This document shows, in pieces, positions 7,500-10,654 of a stretch of DNA of 10,654 nucleotides; positions within the stretch are counted from its first letter, which is position 1; every line of letters begins with the position of its first letter. Source of the stretch: Candidatus Bathyarchaeia archaeon (GTDB lineage Archaea > Thermoproteota > Bathyarchaeia > Bathyarchaeales > Bathycorpusculaceae); assembly GCA_038883855.1 (NCBI GenBank), contig JAVZLH010000022.1:1-10654 (forward strand), read 5' to 3'. A model generated the notes under the pieces. It did not search any database. It was not told the DNA's origin and saw only the letters and a list, made by a program, of their open reading frames with translations. The translations under genes and the position numbers were made by a program.

Positions 7500-8186
7500 T
7501 TGGCTCTAAAACTAAGCGAGAAAGAGGCGGACGACTTCATCGGCAAAGTTGACTTTGATAAGGCTGATGGGCTGGTTCCAGTTGTCGTTCAAGACGCTTC
7601 AAACGGCATGGTCTTAATGCAAGCTTTCATGAATAGGGAAGCGTTAAAGTTGACTTTGACTACTGGAAAGATGCATTTTTGGAGCAGGAGCAAAAAGAGA
7701 ATCTGGATGAAAGGCGAAACTTCAGAAAACTATTCAATAGTTCAAAACGCCATACTCGACTGCGACAACGACGCCATCCTATTCAAAGTTCAACAAATAG
7801 GCGTGTGCTGCCACACGGGCGCGTACTCGTGCTTCCACAAACCATTAAAGACGGAGAAAGAAGCGAAAACAATAGATGCCAGAATACTGGAAAGAATATT
7901 TGAGGTTATAAAGGATAGGATAAACAACCCGAAACCAGACTCCTATGTCTCAAAACTGTCAAGCCAAGGCGAAGACGCCAACCTTCAAAAAATAGGCGAA
8001 GAGGCAACGGAACTCGTTTTAGCCGCAAAAAACCAGGACAAAAACAACATAATCCACGAGGCTGCAGACCTAATATTCCACACAATGGTGCTCCTCGCAC
8101 AAAAAAACCTTGAAATGCGCGAAGTCTTCGAAGAACTCGAAAAACGACACGCACAAAAAACCCAACAGAAAACATCGAAGCAATGA
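7500..8186 (+). CDS. hisIE: Bifunctional phosphoribosyl-AMP cyclohydrolase / phosphoribosyl-ATP pyrophosphatase
   Basis: HisI: GLVPVVVQD, FWSRS..RIWMKGETS.N, DCDNDA, CHTG..SCF. HisE: SYVSKL, KIGEEATE, EAADLIFH. GAGGTGA RBS at 7489-7495. Confidence 0.96.
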   Translation: MALKLSEKEADDFIGKVDFDKADGLVPVVVQDASNGMVLMQAFMNREALKLTLTTGKMHFWSRSKKRIWMKGETSENYSIVQNAILDCDNDAILFKVQQIGVCCHTGAYSCFHKPLKTEKEAKTIDARILERIFEVIKDRINNPKPDSYVSKLSSQGEDANLQKIGEEATELVLAAKNQDKNNIIHEAADLIFHTMVLLAQKNLEMREVFEELEKRHAQKTQQKTSKQ

Positions 8187-8194
8187 ATATAAAG
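8186..8194 (+). promoter_or_regulatory. Putative TATA box for tRNA-Pro
   Basis: TATAAA at 8188-8193, about 30 nt upstream of the tRNA 5' end, consistent with archaeal promoter spacing. Confidence 0.5.
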
Positions 8195-8222
8195 CGAGAA
8201 AAACCTCTCTACTCTAAATGGA

Positions 8223-8301
8223 GGGGTAGTCGTCTAGCTTGGTCAAGGATACCAGCCTGGGGCGCTGGCGGTCCTGGGTTCAAATCCCAGCTACCCCACC
8301 A
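8223..8301 (+). tRNA. tRNA-Pro(GGG), intronless, CCA encoded
   Basis: Acceptor GGGGTAG (8223-8229)/CTACCCC (8291-8297). D-loop AGCTTGGTCA. Anticodon stem CCAGC/GCTGG with loop CT-GGG-GC (anticodon 8259-8261). T arm CTGGG-TTCAAAT-CCCAG. Discriminator A8298 then CCA. Confidence 0.97.
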
Positions 8302-8332
8302 TAACACCAGAGGCCCCATCTATAACATTCTG

Positions 8333-8635
8333 TCATTTGCGTTTTCTAAAGAACAGCAAGCCATCTCTTTCGCATACATATTCAAATCCCGCCTCTACAA
8401 GCTTTTTTAACTTCCTCCATGCTCCAATTTTACATGTGAACTCGTCTTCTCCGAAATTAGCCAGCTGTGTATAAATCATTGTGCTTAGAATGCTTGTATG
8501 ACAAAGCAACTCTTAACGTAGAGGATATCCTTAGTTCTATGGTATTTCATTGTTGCTTTCCACTGTTAAAGTATGGAAAGTTATTTGATTGACCTTGAAT
8601 TTCAAAGTTTTAAAGCTGCTTTCCTCTATTTTTGG
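8333..8635 (-). pseudogene. Degraded C-terminal catalytic part of a tyrosine recombinase/integrase
   Basis: Manual minus-strand translation across frameshifts and stops: RKAALKL*NSR/NQITFHTL/WKATMKYHRTKDILYVK/LLCHTSILSTMIYTQLANFGEDEFTCK...LVEAGFEYVCERDGLLFFRKRK*. This follows the H-x-x-R ... LGH ... Y layout of tyrosine recombinases. Confidence 0.85.
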
Positions 8636-8753
8636 GGTCTACTCTTACAAAGCACTGCTTGAAGTCAAAGTCTCCCTTTCTCTTAGAAAGGTCGCCATCG
8701 GAAATTCTACGATTTTACATGAAATTTTAAAGATACAACGTATTAACAATAAT

Positions 8754-8798
8754 AGCTTTGAAGAGCGTTTAAATTGGGTGTGCGCACTCTTCAAGGCT
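8754..8798. repeat. 12-bp imperfect inverted repeat with 21-nt spacer
   Basis: AGCTTTGAAGAG (8754-8765) and CTCTTCAAGGCT (8787-8798), one mismatch (a G-T pair). Confidence 0.6.
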
Positions 8799-8852
8799 CG
8801 AGGATTTCCAATGACGGCCTTTATTTTAACGGTGCCTTGCTACATCACCTCC
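8780..8852 (-). pseudogene. 5' fragment of a possible clan-AA (retropepsin-like) archaeal aspartyl protease gene
   Basis: Perfect GGAGGTGA RBS (8852-8845) followed by GTVKIKAVIGNP, which resembles the MG.V.V...IGNP N-terminus of these small proteins. No usable start codon and no DTGA motif downstream. Confidence 0.35.
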
Positions 8853-9365
8853 TATAGTATATATAGGGTCAAAGTATTTTGAGGTAATTTTCAAAAAAGA
8901 AGCCATAAAAATGGGGATTTAGAACTGCTCCCTCTTTAATTTAACAATACCCTATGGGGTGCGTAAACAACGGATGCCCTTAGCTTTCAGAATGTCCCAA
9001 ATATCATTCCAAAGTTTTAATGTAAGCTTCCCAAATTATCAACTTAAGATACCGTCAAGACGGGTCAAACGTTATTCCCATGAGCTTAATAAACAATGTC
9101 AACAAGAACAGCCATAACGTATTCAGGCCTTTTCCCTTGAATATGTTCTAACCGGTCTGATAAAGAGCCTCAACATTGTCACGTATAACATGCGGTACGG
9201 TTGAGTCTTCAAACCATTTTCCGATTTCCGGTGTCTAGCACCCGTCACGTTTGTAAAAATGCCATAGGTCGCTTTGTTTCGAGTTTGTTTCCGTCTGTAA
9301 ACTCGCCGAAGTTTTTGAAGGTATGCGAGACAATTTCTCGATATCCTCCATAAGAATCATCCAGT

Positions 9366-9590
9366 TTATACATAGCCCTTCAGCGTTTTCAAAGGTGCAC
9401 TACATACTTGTGCCAAGCCGTGCAACGCCTTTTCGGATAATTTGTCCCTCATCTGAACATGTGTAAACTTTTTACGTCTATAACCGCAAATCCTACAATA
9501 TTGATAATCAACTTCGGGCTTCATTTTCGCGTTGCATGTGGGGCAGCTGGGTAGAACTTTAAACGGCCAGTTTAACTTCTCATCTCTAAA
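9366..9590 (-). pseudogene. Small Zn-ribbon protein reading frame lacking an in-frame start (probable 1-nt frameshift after ATG at 9583)
   Basis: 74 sense codons open: ...KLNWPFKVLPSCPTCNAKMKPEVDYQYCRICGYRRKKFTH..., with CxxC-x12-CxxCG. TATA-like TTTAAATA on the minus strand at 9612-9605. Confidence 0.55.
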
Positions 9591-9742
9591 TCAACAAAAA
9601 TGCCTATTTAAAAACTTTATACAAACTTTATGTTAAAATCGTATTAAGTAAAGTTTAAGTGGAGTGCTCATACTGAACTATTTAACGCATTTAGTTTGCG
9701 TCAAATTTAGCTAATTTTTCTTTCGAATAAGACATTTCAAAA

Positions 9743-9790
9743 CGATAAATTTAAATATTTTAATATATTATCTCATTCGCTAAGGTGAAG
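9743..9790 (+). promoter_or_regulatory. Putative BRE/TATA promoter and RBS for the HdrA-like/ferredoxin pair
   Basis: CGATAAA-TTTAAATA (9743-9757), palindrome TAATATATTA (9761-9770), AGGTGA RBS (9783-9788). Confidence 0.5.
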
Positions 9791-9793
9791 GAT

Positions 9794-10174
9794 ATGAGTG
9801 AAAGGAAATTGCCAAGATTTATAATGTGTTTCTGTACTGGTGAATGTCCCGGATTCGCAAAGCTGAATTTGTGGAAGTTGATAAACTTTGTTAGACATGA
9901 ACTTGACGTAGAATACGCCATCGTCCATCCACAGCTATGCGTTGATGATGGCGACCGCTTTTGGAAGGATTATCTCCGAGCAGGCGATAAGGACGTAATT
10001 TACATTATTGGTGGATGCGACCCCAAAATGCAGAGGAAAATGTTTAAGGACGCTTTTGCTGAAAAGGGCTTGGACTTTGATAAGCAAGTGATTCCTTTAG
10101 ATTTGAGGAATATGGAAACGGCAGAGGCCATGAAGAAGATTGAGGAAACTGTAAGTAAGGTGGTTGGCGCATAA
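9794..10174 (+). CDS. Stand-alone heterodisulfide reductase subunit A N-terminal-domain-like Cys-rich protein
   Basis: Start refined to ATG 9794 after AGGTGA. CFCTGEC...HPQLC...IIGGCDP..QRKMF...GL...LDLRN parallels the HdrA N-terminal CxC...C...AC(S/T)P...F...GL...NIRE pattern. Confidence 0.65.
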   Translation: MSERKLPRFIMCFCTGECPGFAKLNLWKLINFVRHELDVEYAIVHPQLCVDDGDRFWKDYLRAGDKDVIYIIGGCDPKMQRKMFKDAFAEKGLDFDKQVIPLDLRNMETAEAMKKIEETVSKVVGA

Positions 10175-10175
10175 G

Positions 10176-10445
10176 ATGGACGAAGGGCTGCCAAGAAATG
10201 AGATTAAATGGTTTCCAACAGTTAATTATGAGCTTTGTATTGGCTGCGGAATATGTGTGGAATTCTGCCCCAAACATGTTTACGAAAAGCAGAGCGACAA
10301 GGCAGTTGTTGCCAGACCTTACGATTGCGTAGTGGGATGCGAGTCATGTAGTAAGCGATGCCCGGTGGGAGCTATAAGTTTCCCTTCAAGGCATGAACTT
10401 AAGCAGATGCTTAGAGAATTGCGAGAGAAATACGGTTACCGTTAA
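10176..10445 (+). CDS. 2[4Fe-4S] dicluster ferredoxin
   Basis: CIGCGICVEFCP and CVVGCESCSKRCPVGAI motifs. ATG at 10176 lies one base after the upstream stop. Confidence 0.92.
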   Translation: MDEGLPRNEIKWFPTVNYELCIGCGICVEFCPKHVYEKQSDKAVVARPYDCVVGCESCSKRCPVGAISFPSRHELKQMLRELREKYGYR

Positions 10446-10458
10446 GGCTTGCAAAGTC

Positions 10459-10654
10459 TTACTGAAACATACTTTCAATTATCTTTGGATTCTTAACGCT
10501 GTAGTATACCCATCTTCCCTCTTTTCTGCCTTTAACCAGCCCAGCGTTTTCCAGTATTTTTAAGTGATGCGAAGCTGTTGGCTGGGTTAAATCAAGGGCT
10601 ATCATAACCTCGCAAACACACATTTCTCTAGCGCTTAAAAGTTTCAAAATCCTA
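10459..10654 (-). CDS. ArsR/SmtB-family metalloregulator (5'-truncated by window)
   Basis: RILKLL..REMCVCEV...LDLTQPTASHHLKILENAGLV..RKEGRWVYYS: winged HTH with the CVCE metal-binding box. Frame stays open to the window edge. Confidence 0.93.
   Translation of the reverse strand, partial: RILKLLSAREMCVCEVMIALDLTQPTASHHLKILENAGLVKGRKEGRWVYYSVKNPKIIESMFQ

Noticed and set aside
648-8175. Numerous antisense or alternate-frame ORFs (e.g. 648-1022, 1990-2274, 4279-4764, 4784-5248, 5743-5982, 6331-6636, 7679-7903, 7906-8175)
   Set aside because: They are shadows of well-supported genes and carry no recognisable motifs.
8381-8390. TTCAAATCCC identical to the tRNA T-arm (8279-8288), a possible att duplication
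   Set aside because: Only 10 nt, and it is the reverse complement of the codons for the integrase GFE motif, so coincidence is more likely.
8183-8410. 75-aa ORF after hisIE
   Set aside because: It runs through the tRNA-Pro gene and the antisense of the integrase remnant, so it is spurious.
8589-8882. 97-aa plus-strand ORF
   Set aside because: No RBS or motif. The recognisable gene fragments and the RBS here are on the minus strand.
8900-9373. Short broken minus-strand frames (e.g. MYKLDDSYGGYREIVSHTFKNFGEF...)
   Set aside because: Possibly further gene debris, but I could not recognise any family, so no call is made. BLASTx would decide.
8300-9790. CRISPR array, tRNA intron or intact IS element in the ORF-poor region
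   Set aside because: No regularly spaced repeats, no transposase motifs, and the tRNA folds fully without an intron.
10000-10277. Minus-strand ORFs 10000-10194 and 10044-10277
   Set aside because: They are antisense shadows of the HdrA-like and ferredoxin genes.

Overview
Archaeal DNA, inferred to be Bathyarchaeia-like from GGAGGTGA/GGTGA ribosome-binding sites, TATA boxes, an archaeal tRNA-Pro and the integrase style. Left to right: the 3' end of a probable restriction-modification (methyltransferase/target-recognition) gene; an AbrB-ACT fusion regulator divergent from a histidine operon (hisZ, short hisG, hisD remnant, hisC, hisB, hisH, hisA, hisF, fused hisIE); tRNA-Pro(GGG); about 1.4 kb of decayed DNA; a stand-alone HdrA-N-terminal-like Cys protein plus 2[4Fe-4S] ferredoxin; and a convergent ArsR regulator cut by the window edge. 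Points the ORF track misses: hisD is reduced to a ~130-nt out-of-frame fusion of its two ends, the conserved HisZ N-terminus lies ~180 nt upstream of the first in-frame ATG with no canonical start, a frameshifted tyrosine integrase abuts the tRNA, and a Zn-ribbon reading frame lies in the decayed region. All calls come from manual translation and motif recognition; no searches were run.
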